A stretch of DNA of 62,992 bases, the filler included, from Asterionella formosa (lineage: Eukaryota): the NCBI GenBank assembly GCA_002256025.1. It is 21 parts of 21 records of this genome, joined end to end, with 100 filler letters (N's around TTAATTAATTAA, not from the genome) between each part and the next. Parts side by side here need not be neighbours in the genome. Positions count along the whole stretch, not along the records: positions 32,218 to 51,406 come from NKIB01003796.1; positions 51,507 to 52,694 come from NKIB01003797.1; positions 52,795 to 53,982 come from NKIB01003798.1; positions 54,083 to 55,270 come from NKIB01003799.1; positions 55,371 to 56,558 come from NKIB01003800.1; positions 56,659 to 57,845 come from NKIB01003802.1; positions 57,946 to 59,132 come from NKIB01003803.1; positions 59,233 to 60,419 come from NKIB01003804.1; 13 more parts are not named here. One strand, written 5' to 3'. Under the pieces are notes generated by a model, which saw only the letters and a list, made by a program, of their open reading frames with translations, searched no databases and was not told where the DNA came from. Positions 47,886 to 61,706 of the stretch are shown here, in pieces; position 1 is the first letter of the stretch, and every line of letters starts with the position of its first letter. The translations under genes were made by a program, and so were the position numbers.

Positions 47886-50800
47886 TTATTGCTCTTGCGA
47901 TCTCACGACACGAACAAGCTGCTGGACTTCCTTCTTCTCCATCATCAAAATTTCGGGTCGTCTTCCAGATCCTCCCATAAGTTTGTCTCCTAAACCCATA
48001 CCAACATACTTGTCAAGGATGTTTCCAACCTTGTCAATGCTCAAGAATGGATACTTGCGTCTGCGCTCCGAGGCATTCTCGCGCATAAGCAAACGGGGCA
48101 AGTCACGATCCAATAACGCGGTGGTTAAACACTTCAGTTCGTTGAAACACTCAGACAGCTGTGGTACGCCTGTGCTGTCACAGAATCGTTCAAATTCAGC
48201 AACGTCCAACGCCAAGTTCTTCAATCCAAAAGCGTCAATACGTTGAATGGGAGGCAGACCTTCTTCTCCACTGTTGTCATTGTACGTGTTCACTGGATCA
48301 GTCAATAGCTTCACGAGACGTTCGGCAACATGACCACAGCAAGAGAAATGAAGACCGAAACGAGAACCTGCATCCATTGGCCCTAATGAGCTAAACACTG
48401 TCCGGAGATAGTGGATCAAACCTTCACAGTACGCATTAGGCATATCACGAGCAGCACGACTGACCCATTGAAAGTTCTCCAACGCAAAATTAATGTGAGA
48501 GTCAATCTTGCCTCGGCAAATCTCATACACAAGATTGTACATGGTACCGACTTGGCCGTCGCAAGCCTTGTCAGCGCCTTTCAGGGTTTTTTCTGCATAC
48601 TGAAAAGTTTCATCAAGCTGATCTGCTCGAATCATTCCTACGTGACACATACCCCTCATTGTGGAACCGAAGAGGCGAGGGAGACAGTGTTGAAGAGCTG
48701 CAATGTTGGCCATTGTTTGAACAGCCTTTTCAACCGAAGCTTCATCCAAGATGGATTCCCCGTCTTGCATTCCAACAGCAGTAACGGATACACATTCTTC
48801 TAGACAATCCAGGACATATCCTGCCGATCCACTTCCCCCTTTTTGAGAAAACAATTGACCAAGCTCTTCTTGGCTTAACGCAAAAGCTGCACAAGTAATG
48901 GCGCGTGCGTGAATAGAACGAATCACTTCTGGGACAGACTTGCTAAATGTGTAAAATTCATCCTTTTCTTGTTTGGCAGAGCGTGTCTTTTCGAATTGAA
49001 GAAATGTAGGATCTTCTTCAGCTCCAGCTCTAACCGGTTCCGCTTGCTTTTGCTTTAGATCGTGCAATCCAAATGGAAGCCCAAGCATTTCTTCGTCAGG
49101 AATATTATCTATTTTTCTCTTATGCTTGGACAAGTAATCAGCAGTAGTGACATTCATAGGCTCCTTGCGATCCTCGCTCACAGCCTTCTTCGTCGCCTTG
49201 AGCTGTTCGTCCTGTGCCACCTTCAATGCGGTCATGACGATGTCAACATCAATTGCCAATAGCTCTTTGTCGGAACGACGGGTCGAAGAACTTGGGTGGA
49301 CAATCTTCAATGCACAACGAAATGCCGCCATTAAACAGGACGCTCTAGCTAGCTCCGCTAGACTAGCACCAATTGCACGGCCACGGAGTAAGTTCCCTAA
49401 CTCCGTCACCAAGGCTCGTTCATAACGAGCGGACGATTCTCGGAACCGACTGGATTGAGCACCCTTGCTACTGACGATGGCAGTTCTGTCAATCTTGCCG
49501 TTCTCCTCCTCTTCATCTTCAAAGTTACCCAGTTCCAACGCCGCCTCGACTGCACTAAAGCCAACAACACTGGCACAAAGGTGAGGTAATGACTTGGCGA
49601 AAAATACACGGTCTGTTCCAACACTAACATCGTCTCCTGTTAACGAAGATAGAGATGATCGGGTCTCATTCCTATCGTCCTTGTCGTCACTTGTTTTCGT
49701 GCCACCAATTTTCATGTCTCCAAAGCGATTCTGCTCATAGTATTGGACGAACTCATCAGATCTGCCGAGTAAACTAAAAGCTAATTCTGCGCGACGGACA
49801 GGATGGACAGATTCTGGCAACCCCATTAGCTTGTTGTCGTCTTCCTTGCTACAGATATTGAAGTATTCAACTTTGGTAAGAGTTTGTAAAAAGTATTGTA
49901 AAAAGTGAGCACATATATTTCTACGTACCGGGTCGGTGCGTCCTCAAATAAAATAGATGGCGTCAACAAGGCTCCCCATTGCGAGTGCACCGAATCAACT
50001 TCTGCACCCCCCACAATACTCCCTCTGACTGCATTGTCACGTCTACTTCCAGCAGTCCCACGGACAGATTCTCTTGCACGAAACCCAAGCGTTCGCCCTT
50101 TTTGTCCGTGTCGACTTCCAGTCAATCCGCCATGGCGAGATCCAGCCAGTGATTCTTCTGAAATGGCACTCACATCCACCAGTAACTCGGAATTTTCATC
50201 CCAGCATCGATACCATCCAAAGGCACTCGCAAAAGCCTCAGCCCGTCTGCCCATCCCCGGCATGGTGGATGCCTCCAAGCGTTCTGCTTCCTTGTTCCCG
50301 TCCCGGTCAAACCAATACCCTAATCTAACCGCGCGTGCCACTTTCCCATTTTGATCAATTCTCGCAATCAAATTATCCGCCACCTTGGCTCTCCATAAAT
50401 AAGTGGGAGGCAAATGACCCCCAAGTCCCAGCTGACCGGGCCCAACAGCCGTTGAATGTGCACACTTGCGCAGAACAGCCCGACCCGCCTTGGCCCCATC
50501 TCCCCCAGAACGCAGTGCCAAGAACCACCTGTTGAGCCCACGTCGAGCGCCCATGAGGACTTCATTTTCGATCTTTGGCAGCATAATCATGGCGCGAGAT
50601 CCAAATGGCGTTTCTTCTAGCGCCATGCCCTTTTTGCTCCCGTCGTCTTGCTCTTTGGTATGTTTTGTCCCCAGCATGAGCGAAGTGACGGGAGCCGTCA
50701 GGCAGGTTCTAGCTTCGTCCACGGCATCCAAGGCGGCTCTTGGCCGTCCGAGGGACGCTTGTTTCTTAGCGCGTTCAAGCAATACGGCCACGTTGCGACA

Positions 50801-51325
50801 TGCTGTGACCATGCCCGACAGGGTCCGTGCTCTTGCATTGGACTGCTTTGAATGCTCCAACAGAGCAGCAATTTCCAACATGTGTCCCGCCGTCTTTGTT
50901 TGCAGTTCGTCGTTGGCATCCTTGAGCGAGTCCGCCAGCGCCGACGACGGCCCTCCCAGAGCCACCACTCTCCCCACACTTGCCAAGAATGCGTCGCTGT
51001 GGTCGTGACATACCTGCCCAATGCGCGCCGAATTCTCCTTTGTTTCCTGCACCAACTCGGAGTGCAAGTCCTTGTCCAAGCCCCGCTCCAAGGCAGTTGC
51101 GACGGTGCTGGCGACCAGCCACTCGTGAGACTCGCTCGTGGTAGCGAACGACGTGGGATCTGGTCGACGATGAACGTCGGCGACTAGTCGTCGGACGGCT
51201 TCTTCGCGCCGACGGCGGGCCCGACTCGTCATGGCTTCTTTCGGAGCGCTGTCATTCAGATTTTCATCGACGTCGTCGTCGGAGGAACGATCCTCGACAG
51301 CTACAGTTGTGGCGTTGGGTGCCAT
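47886..51325 (-). CDS. SEC15: Exocyst complex subunit Sec15/EXOC6-like, 2 exons (intron 49849-49928)
   Basis: GTACGT/TAG intron joins ORFs 49826..51370 and 47886..49826 in frame. [25 protein letters not shown] and C-terminal [21 protein letters not shown] resemble Sec15. Confidence 0.75.
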
Positions 51326-51627
51326 TCTTGGTACTCTGTGGTGTGGGTCCCTGGGCGCAGATTGCAGCAACAGAACTGATGTAGTGACAATTGCGAATCA
51401 ATGCAANNNNNNNNNNNNNNNNNNNNNNNNNNNNNNNNNNNNNNNNNNNNTTAATTAATTAANNNNNNNNNNNNNNNNNNNNNNNNNNNNNNNNNNNNNN
51501 NNNNNNAGACTTATTAGAAGCCGTCTCGAACGTAGGAATAGCCATTAACAACGGCAATGATGCCTTCGAGTTGGTTCCTGATAAGACTCCAGTACTTACC
51601 ATGTAATCATAAATAATAGAAAAAAGA

Positions 51628-52694
51628 AGTACCAGTAGGTCTATGGTGGTGCAATGTGGTGCAGCGGCGACATGACGTCACGAAGTCATTTTGAAATATT
51701 ATTGTTGCGCATGTGCACCTTTTCAATATTCATCTCCAACGTTGCATCTTGCACATCACCACACAGAAATGCAAATAAACAGCAAACTCACCAAATGTGA
51801 TGATTGAAAGCGGTCACTGGTTCTTGCTATCGCTAACATGCAATTTCTTTTGTTTTACTAACCAATTTACTCTACAATCAACCTTTGCTACATCCGCAAC
51901 CTTTGGAGAATTTTGAGTGGAGGAACTGGGGATGGAGACTGTGGAAAGTGTCTTTGTTGCTGTCGCAATGATTCAGGAAGCATGCGATGATCGGCTTGAT
52001 GAATTTTACATCAAAGAGTCGCATCCTTTCAGTGACATCTGAGTGGAGGAGACGCTCCATTTTTCTTGCAAGATTCAAGATCAACTCAAGCTTCTCATGA
52101 GAATTTTTCGTTTTTGCAACCTCAAAAATCTCGTCAAATTCTATGGACCCACTTTTCCGGTTTTTCTTTGGTGCTGTGGGCATGGTAGCAGCATCCGTTA
52201 TTCCAATTGCATAAACTGTGTTAGTAGAACCGTTTTCCTTTGTTGAATCTTGATAACTTGTAGTAGCAGCAATAGCATTAGAATACATCCGATTTTCTTC
52301 ATTCTTCATAACTCGTGCATGTACCACAATGTTGATCAGGCTGCGTAATTTTTCTGCACGAGGGGTAGCTAGCTCGTTCAAAAATAACTCGAGCTGTTCA
52401 TTGGCATTCTGCGGCCGTACGTAGCTCATAGCAAGGGTACAGATGTGCGCAGGACTGAAGGAGCTTGGGTGTGACCTTGGGACATTCAATCGATCATGTA
52501 CATACCTTGTAGAAAGCTCCGAAATTTCGCACTGAAAAACCACCGATGGTAGGTTTAATACTAGTGTAGCTGTAGTCACCTTGACAAATATAGACTTGAA
52601 TGTACGCACTTTGTTTAAATGATTGTTGTGTATGTGGGCAATTGCTAGCTGGGCATCTGCATCCTCAACATATAACATTGCAGTCTTGAGTGAC
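51628..52694 (-). repeat. Copy 1 of a 1.07-kb duplicated segment containing ORF 51878..52678 (hypothetical, 5'-truncated)
   Basis: Appears identical to 54204-55270, with identical 266-aa ORF translations. Confidence 0.9.
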
Positions 52695-52794
52695 NNNNNN
52701 NNNNNNNNNNNNNNNNNNNNNNNNNNNNNNNNNNNNNNTTAATTAATTAANNNNNNNNNNNNNNNNNNNNNNNNNNNNNNNNNNNNNNNNNNNN

Positions 52795-53865
52795 TATCCA
52801 GTTCCGGTCTATAATTCCCCTGCAATGGGGTAGTGCACCTCGTTGGAAGCCGCTGACCCGACTCGTCGAGTTTGAACTATACGTTTGCGATGGCTGCCTG
52901 GACATACTGCTCGGAAGTCATTGCCCATCACTCAACTCCGCCGACTATTTTCTGCATTACCTGGGCTCCCAGGTAATTTTCCGGCTTCTCGACTTTATCG
53001 TCCTTCAATTTGAAGGTCGACTGTATCCCGCTCATAGTCGCTCTAGGCTGCGCTGAAATGCAAAGAATGTCATCAACATATACAAGAATCATTTCGTAAT
53101 ACTCAAACCCATCCGGTTTTACTGCCGGTCGAATTCATACATCAGGGTCCCCTTTCGTGGGCAAGTAACCCAAATCATGGAGGGTTTCTGCGAGATGCGC
53201 TCTGAATGCCGCACCGCTAGATTTGAGCCCATACAGCGCTTTCTTCACCACCATGGTAGCTCCCGCTTCCGACCCAAATTCCGGCCCTGCAATTATGTAA
53301 ATTTTCTCTCTGCAATCTGCGGTTAGATAAGCGTTTTGAATATCGCAAGCAAGAAGTTGTAAGTCGTTCAATGAAGCAACCAATAAGGCAATGCGCACTG
53401 AGTCCCTCGACACAACTGACGAATACGTCAGGGCTGCGGGCGTTTCCGTCCGGCTGCCGTCAGCAACTAGTCTCGCCTTACGCCGAAAGTTTTCGCCCAT
53501 TTTGATGTCGAACACGAAATGACACCTTATCTTTTGGTACCCTGGCGGAAGGTCTCCCTCTCGCTTTTCCCACTTTTCAAATGCCGGTCGCACGTTTTTC
53601 GTTTCCTTGCAGATGGCGTCCCGCCATAATGTGTTGCCATTGGCTTTATCAATCGTTAACGCCTCTTCGACGGACTTCGGTATCCGTATACCGTATTTAT
53701 GAGTTCGCTGCCAATACTTAGACTTTACCTTTTCTAGGACTCGGTCCCGTTTCTTTAGAAGAGTCGGCACCCACCATGCGAACGCTGCCTCATCATCAAT
53801 ACGATTAGCAATTGAGTACTCCACCACCTGTATGGGGTACGATTGCTTCATATCCTTAAGTGCTG
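52795..53865 (-). mobile_element. Ty1/copia reverse transcriptase fragment with in-frame stops
   Basis: RTHKYGIRIPKSVEEAL, RKARLVADG, DIQNAYL, ALYGLKSSG, YVDD at about 53070. TGA at 53135-53137 in a Trp position, and another near 52928. Confidence 0.92.
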
Positions 53866-54203
53866 AATGTTTTCCAAAAGTGCTTATGACAATGTTGGAA
53901 GATTGCTTTTTTGAGAGTTTCTGCCTCAAATTCTTAAGTCAAAGTCATGACATCCCCTTGTTCTGATGTGATCTCTGGAACTNNNNNNNNNNNNNNNNNN
54001 NNNNNNNNNNNNNNNNNNNNNNNNNNTTAATTAATTAANNNNNNNNNNNNNNNNNNNNNNNNNNNNNNNNNNNNNNNNNNNNCATTTCGTCGAATCGATT
54101 TTGAGCTCTGATCAGGCATTAAACATCCACGGGAAATAACATTCCTCATCACACAGTAGGTACCGGTACCGATACCTGGTACGGAGTACCTGGTACCAGG
54201 TGG

Positions 54204-55270
54204 AGTACCAGTAGGTCTATGGTGGTGCAATGTGGTGCAGCGGCGACATGACGTCACGAAGTCATTTTGAAATATTATTGTTGCGCATGTGCACCTTTTC
54301 AATATTCATCTCCAACGTTGCATCTTGCACATCACCACACAGAAATGCAAATAAACAGCAAACTCACCAAATGTGATGATTGAAAGCGGTCACTGGTTCT
54401 TGCTATCGCTAACATGCAATTTCTTTTGTTTTACTAACCAATTTACTCTACAATCAACCTTTGCTACATCCGCAACCTTTGGAGAATTTTGAGTGGAGGA
54501 ACTGGGGATGGAGACTGTGGAAAGTGTCTTTGTTGCTGTCGCAATGATTCAGGAAGCATGCGATGATCGGCTTGATGAATTTTACATCAAAGAGTCGCAT
54601 CCTTTCAGTGACATCTGAGTGGAGGAGACGCTCCATTTTTCTTGCAAGATTCAAGATCAACTCAAGCTTCTCATGAGAATTTTTCGTTTTTGCAACCTCA
54701 AAAATCTCGTCAAATTCTATGGACCCACTTTTCCGGTTTTTCTTTGGTGCTGTGGGCATGGTAGCAGCATCCGTTATTCCAATTGCATAAACTGTGTTAG
54801 TAGAACCGTTTTCCTTTGTTGAATCTTGATAACTTGTAGTAGCAGCAATAGCATTAGAATACATCCGATTTTCTTCATTCTTCATAACTCGTGCATGTAC
54901 CACAATGTTGATCAGGCTGCGTAATTTTTCTGCACGAGGGGTAGCTAGCTCGTTCAAAAATAACTCGAGCTGTTCATTGGCATTCTGCGGCCGTACGTAG
55001 CTCATAGCAAGGGTACAGATGTGCGCAGGACTGAAGGAGCTTGGGTGTGACCTTGGGACATTCAATCGATCATGTACATACCTTGTAGAAAGCTCCGAAA
55101 TTTCGCACTGAAAAACCACCGATGGTAGGTTTAATACTAGTGTAGCTGTAGTCACCTTGACAAATATAGACTTGAATGTACGCACTTTGTTTAAATGATT
55201 GTTGTGTATGTGGGCAATTGCTAGCTGGGCATCTGCATCCTCAACATATAACATTGCAGTCTTGAGTGAC
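54204..55270 (-). repeat. Copy 2 of the 1.07-kb duplicated segment (ORF 54454..55254)
   Basis: Appears identical to 51628-52694. Confidence 0.9.
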
Positions 55271-55714
55271 NNNNNNNNNNNNNNNNNNNNNNNNNNNNNN
55301 NNNNNNNNNNNNNNTTAATTAATTAANNNNNNNNNNNNNNNNNNNNNNNNNNNNNNNNNNNNNNNNNNNNTCGCTCACTAACGGTACCATACCACGGTGC
55401 AGACACAACTCCTACCAGGTTACAACACTTCTAAAGTGAGGTCGTGTGCAAACCGTATTTCTATGTAATGCATTATGCATGACGACGACTAATATGTAGT
55501 CAGTCTACCGGTACTTCATCATAGTGCTACTGCGAGTCTACGCATTGCTGATGGGAGCCATGAAGAGAACTGGCTTGCGTTGCGGGTCCCGCTGCTCTTA
55601 GTCTTGATGCACTCACTGTCAGTAACGGCGTTCAGAAACAGAGACAAGCAGTTCCTTGCTGGTCACAGTCACTTCTCGGCATTGCCAATTCCATCAATCA
55701 GCTTCCCCTTCGCC

Positions 55715-56558
55715 ATGATGGAAACAGAAACCCCCAATCACAATAATCACAATGGCCCGAACCCCTTCAAACGTCAGCGCTGCGTTTCCCCAGAGCACGT
55801 CACAATCACAATCACGATCAGCGCCACCAAATACCCACTCACAGGAGACGGAGCGGAGTCCGGTGAGGAGACGCTCGAGCTGGGAGGCGTGGAAGACGCT
55901 CGAGCGGTCGACCCCTACGACACCGACGACGAAGATGCCGCTCTGATGGAAGACGAACAAGTAGACCAAGTTATGGCCCTTCTCGACGACCTGGAGCTGG
56001 ACTCGCTTTCCAAGCAAGCCAAGTTTCGGTCGCGGAAGCAAACGAGGCAGCGGGAGGAAGAGAGGATCAGATTCGCCATTTGCTGGACTTTGGGAATGTG
56101 CATTCAGAGCAAGCTTTGCGGTCGAACCCGCGACGACCGCTTGGATCTGATTCGGCGCGTCCGAGGGCTGCTGCAGGACGCGGACCTGATGAACCTCAGT
56201 CCAGGCCAGCTTCTACACAGACTTGGAGAAGTGCTGCTTTCCAGAAGCAGTTATTTCCCCCCGAGATTCATTACCCTTGACTGGTCTTGTTCTACTGCAG
56301 CTGAAGCAGCTACTGCTGCTGCTGCTACTGGTACTGCCATGGGAGAAGCGGACTGTCAATTTGTGCCCGCTTCGCCTTTGCAGGAACATTCTATAGCTGA
56401 GGATGACTTGGAGTCCCTCAGAGCTGACGTTGTTTCCAATGGCCGTTGCCTTTTGGCGCGTCTCGCCTCCAAGACCCAAGCACTCCTGACGGAGAGAACC
56501 ATACTCCTGTCGGAGAAGGATGGGATTGCCGAAGGCATTTTGGAAGGTCGTATCCAAG
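55715..56558 (+). CDS. Hypothetical protein, 3'-truncated
   Basis: GC-rich open frame running into the linker. No recognisable domain. Confidence 0.45.
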
Positions 56559-57945
56559 NNNNNNNNNNNNNNNNNNNNNNNNNNNNNNNNNNNNNNNNNN
56601 NNTTAATTAATTAANNNNNNNNNNNNNNNNNNNNNNNNNNNNNNNNNNNNNNNNNNNNTCGTCCGAAGGGACTGGGGCATTGGGCACACCGTCAAACGAA
56701 ACTGTGAAGGCTTGGTTGGGAGGCATGGTTCTATGACGGATTGGGAAGGTGAATGGTTTGCAACAGTTACAAAAGAGCAACAGGACCACGAAATATGAGC
56801 ACTTTTGTGTCGAAACGAAACCTTGCCCGCCAAACATTTTGTTGCTACCGTGATGTTCTTTGGCAGAGGCGAAGTGTCAAGGCGACGATGTTGTTGCTTC
56901 CTGGGACCAGGTACCTGGTACCAGTACCTGGTACCTGGTCTACCTGGTACCAGGTACTTCTACCAGGTATTTCACAGCTCTGCCCAAACGTACCAAAACC
57001 GAAATATTGGTCTGCCATGCATGATGTCCGCAAATGATACAACTATGCGGTATATCACACATAAGTACCGGTATGACATTTCACACTTGTGACGTAATAT
57101 AGGCAAAGTTACTTCTTTATGATTGAACCTTGGGCTATACCACTGTGGGTATGCTGTAAAAGTTTACTGGCGCTTATATACCGCAGTCCACATGTCTACC
57201 TACCGGTATATGCATACGCTACTTACTAACTACTGTTGGTAGAACTGACGCTCTACTAGTCCCGGCACAAATAGGCATTTGTTCAGTTCGTCGGCATTCG
57301 GCATCATCGCATGCTACCTCTTTGCCTTACGTAAACGTGTGGATAGGTCATGCGCGCTGGCATCGGGACCACATCAGCATCGAGACGGTCATGCTTTGGA
57401 GTTCAAACGTGCACAAGCCAGATGAGAATATTGAATCTTATGTACCCGGTAGTAGAATGTTAGTAATGGCCGATTGGAATACGACCTGCACCAGTGTACA
57501 TACGCATTCATAGGCAGAACGAACACGATGGTGTGCATAAGATATGTACGATAGCGGTCCTGGTAAGCAGGAAAAGAAAAAACAGAGAACGAACACGATT
57601 GAATGCTGTCAGACTTGATGCCGACCGCGAAGGCACAGCTCACCAGATATGGAGCAGCTGGTGCCACGTGCCAGTGTACTAGGTACCAGGTAACGTTATA
57701 CCATTTGGTATGCATACCGGTATGTACATAGAGCTGCAAAGAACCAGCTGCACGTATGGGAATGGGAATGGAAAGCGGAAACAGCATCACCTAGCAAAGG
57801 CTTCCGTGAAGACGAACACGACATCTTCACGAGTTGCAATTTTAANNNNNNNNNNNNNNNNNNNNNNNNNNNNNNNNNNNNNNNNNNNNTTAATTAATTA
57901 ANNNNNNNNNNNNNNNNNNNNNNNNNNNNNNNNNNNNNNNNNNNN

Positions 57946-58190
57946 ATACATCAAAATGCTTACTTGAATATATCTATATATTATCTGAATACATCACGTT
58001 AATTATTTGATCAGAGTATCATGCATACATTCCTGATCATCACTATATTACGTGATCACCTTCACATAATTATTTGAAATACTTCAGTTAATTCTGCAAT
58101 TTAGTTCACATTGTCTTATAATTTTGTTCACGTAATTCAATAATATAGTTCACGTAAGGTATTAAATTTGTTTACGTAATTTAAAAGTAC
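57946..58190. repeat. AT-rich dispersed repeat with cac(a/g)taatt subrepeats, copy 1
   Basis: Aligns with 59828-60085. Confidence 0.8.
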
Positions 58191-58499
58191 TATCAAATAA
58201 TGTGGATTACTACTAATTCAACTACCGGTATTTCACATTACATGGGAAACAAATCTCGATATGCAATCAAACAAAGCTGCTCTATCAGAATGGAATCTTC
58301 ACTCTTGAGAAGGCATGCATTTTGAGACATCTGAAAGGACATTGCAAGACGAGGAGAAGGCGTTCATTCAGAAGGAGGGAAAAATTATTCACTCTTGAAC
58401 AGGCATCATTGTACGGAGTTGCAACATGAATGCATCACACACGTCTGTGAATAGATTTTCCATTAGATCTAACATTTTACTCAGCATACGTTAAAAAAA

Positions 58500-58870
58500 C
58501 TGATTGATTATTCAAATATTTTGACTTGTTGATGATAATTTTGATATATCAACGGCAGTGTCTGTCTGATCAATCAAATTTGTACGTTAGGTTAGTAGCA
58601 TACACATGTTAGGTTATGCATACATAAGAACTCGTATACATAAGTTACCAAATCTTATCGGTTAACCAAATATGTTGATATATTGATCAAATGTTTTCAT
58701 ATGTTGATGATAATTTTGATATATCAATGACCGTGTCGGTGTGGTCAATCAAATTTGTTTGTCAGATTATTTTCTAAAACACACGTCAGGTTATGTATAG
58801 ATAGAAGTCATATATATTAGTGATCAAAACTAATCTGCTAACCAAATGCTTTGATATATTGATATGTTGT
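58500..58870. repeat. Degenerate tandem duplication, unit about 175 bp
   Basis: tgttgatgataattttgatatatcaa..caatcaaatttgt..aggttatg..aaccaaat occurs at about 58527 and 58702. Confidence 0.7.
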
Positions 58871-59232
58871 TTGATTGATCAATAGCTGTTGTTCTTTGAT
58901 CAATTATTGTTTTAGCGAAAGTTATGACTTTACACAGATCACCTTACGTGCTGTATGTAAACCTTGTACCCGACGATGCTATCAGAATGAATTCTGTGCA
59001 ACAACGGTGCCTTCCTTGTTGCCATTCCGATTTGAATGCTCTACCGGTACATGCTTTGATCCAATTCTTGTACCAGTAGTATTCGTCATTGTCTCTCCAT
59101 TTGCATATCAGTAATCGAATTTCTTACAAGCCNNNNNNNNNNNNNNNNNNNNNNNNNNNNNNNNNNNNNNNNNNNNTTAATTAATTAANNNNNNNNNNNN
59201 NNNNNNNNNNNNNNNNNNNNNNNNNNNNNNNN

Positions 59233-59745
59233 CACACATGTCGATGATTGTGCAATTGCTGGAAAGCCAAATGATATTAAATGATTCAAAAATGAAATCA
59301 AGAAACACTTCACAATTAAGGAGCTTGGCCCTTTGAAGAAGCATTTGGGAGTGTGGCACGATTGGGGCCTAGATAAAGTGGGACGCTACTTGGAGTCGAG
59401 CATGGAGGATTTTGTGCATGTTATGCTCGAAGATTATCATGATATTTTTGGAAAGTATCCAAGAGATGCATCAACCCCAACATTTCCAGGAATTGTTCTC
59501 AGAATGAATCCAGACAAAGTGATTCTCCATAAAGAATATCGTTCAATGGTTGGAAAATTGTTGTATTTTGTGAAGAAAGTTGGACCAATATGCGCGAATG
59601 CATGTCGTGAACTTTCTCAACATTTAGAGAATCCAGGTGATGCCCATTGGAGTGCTGTTGAACGTTTGTTAGGTTTCATTGTAACTGATGAAAGGAACAG
59701 AAAATTAAAAATGAGACCACCACATGAATTACGAGTTCAAGACGT
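59233..59745 (+). mobile_element. Ty1/copia RT C-terminal fragment with an in-frame stop
   Basis: HVDDC at about 59237, TGA at about 59282, KELGPLKKHLG, YRSMVGKLLY, RELSQHLENPGDAHWSAVERLL. Confidence 0.85.
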
Positions 59746-59827
59746 GCATCTAAGCCGCGCATTACGTGAAGTGACCATCACATAAATAAGCCTAGTTGAT
59801 TTTGAATGCATCACATGAATTAGTTGA

Positions 59828-60085
59828 ATACATCAAAATACGTAGTTGAATATATCTATATATTATCTGAATACATCACGTTAAATATTTGATCAAAGTA
59901 TCATGCATGCATTCCTGATCATCACTATATTATGTGATCACCTTCACATAATTATTTGAAATACTTCACATAATTATTTGAAATACTTCACGTAATTATT
60001 TGAAATACTTCACGTAATTCTGTAATTTCGTTCACATAATTCTAGAATAAAGTTCACTTAATATGTTAAATTTGTTTACGTAATT
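59828..60085. repeat. AT-rich dispersed repeat, copy 2, with an expanded 21-bp unit (cacataattatttgaaatactt)
   Basis: Aligns with 57946-58190 and has three tandem units at about 59945-60015. Confidence 0.8.
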
Positions 60086-60729
60086 TTCTGGAGCTCATTC
60101 AACTAAATTGAAGAGTTTCATTAATGAAATAAAGCCTGCTCATTCGGAACGGCATGCGAATGCTCCTGCACTGAAAGGGTTTGCTGCAATGTCAATTGAA
60201 TGTAGAGGAAGATCAGTGTGAGTTATCAGTAGCGTTGCTCATATAGCCGTCAAAATAGCGCAGTAATCTTACCAGAACAACTTCCATTCCGGACCTCATT
60301 GTCCCTGCCTGTTGTCAACAACAATGCGTGAGCTGACAAGCCATACTAGCATTTTTCGCCGACTATTCCGTTGTTTGATTGGTTTTATGGTCCTATGCAG
60401 TTACAGAAACAATGAGAAGNNNNNNNNNNNNNNNNNNNNNNNNNNNNNNNNNNNNNNNNNNNNTTAATTAATTAANNNNNNNNNNNNNNNNNNNNNNNNN
60501 NNNNNNNNNNNNNNNNNNNCATATACCGGTAGTAGAGTACATGATAATCATGAGTGCCTCCCGAAACCCCAAATAGTAGTAACAATTATTAATACTACTA
60601 CTATGGAATTGAATACCTATTTGTTTGCAGTAAATAAATAAAATTATCAAAATATTATAATATATTGGTCCTGGTAGTTAATGTATTTTTTCAATAGATT
60701 CTACTCACCCCGATAAAGAATATCTAACT

Positions 60730-61706
60730 CTAGCCGCACCCAGATAATTTAATACCTATTGTCCTGTTACTTATGTGATCAAGTATGATAAGCGAAGCAT
60801 CAGGATGAAGCGTTGTCATTGGAATCCCTGTAGAAAGAGACAAAATGCCTCCAACTCTGTCTGGATAAGGTTCTCCTGTGCCTTCGTGAAGACACAAAGA
60901 CATGCTAGATGTGTACTCCAGCACTCTCAAATGCCTCCTCCCGTATTCCTTTACATTGTAGATATTGATGACAGGCAGATGCTGCCAGACAACAACTTCT
61001 TTCAAAGTATGCACTTGCTTAATGCGTATTTCATATATCCTTCAATGCGAACAGCCAACCGAATTGTATACATAATCAATGGACCAGACAATGACACCTT
61101 TGTGTACTTCCCAACGTCCATGTCAAGCGCCCTTTCGAACATTTTGATTACACACAATGTTAAAACGTCAGGAGACTTGGCGATCTCATTGAAGAGAGTG
61201 CCATGAGGGGTCGCCACAAGAGCTTTCAGCTTCTCTCGATCCACTACTGGAACTTCTGTTATGATGTCCGTGAAATCAGCGGGTCGCCAATTTCCTGGCT
61301 TAAACAAGCATGCATCAACGATCAGCTGCAAAGACTTGGTTTTCAAGCCAGAAGCCGTCCAGGGTCACCATTTGCAAAGAAGTCTAAAATGAGAGGAATT
61401 AGAATGTAAGGGACAGTTAAGAACTGAAGGAATCGCTCTGTATCTGAGGGTGACATCACGTTTCCAAATGAAGGCAATTCCTCTTTTGTCAAATGAAGGA
61501 CATCATCCTCGTTTTCAACCGGAATAGGCTTGGCTCTTGATTTTTGGAATTTTTCGCCAAAGAAATTGACAACTGTAATCGGGTCTGCAGACGATAATCG
61601 CTGCCGCTCTGTCTTCGATTTTCCGAACAACGACAGGAAACCTTGGAAGGCACCAGGACCGGTTTGGACTGCGGCAGATTTGTCCACAAACTCTTGAGGA
61701 AAACCC
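60730..61706 (-). pseudogene. Frameshifted fragment of a large protein (possibly DUF3638/DUF3645-associated giant protein)
   Basis: Three consecutive ORFs in shifted frames. EDDVLHL..LPSF..FLQFLTVPYILIPLILDFF, LQLIVDAC.F.PG.W, TPHGTLFNE recalled from that family. Assignment is tentative. Confidence 0.5.
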
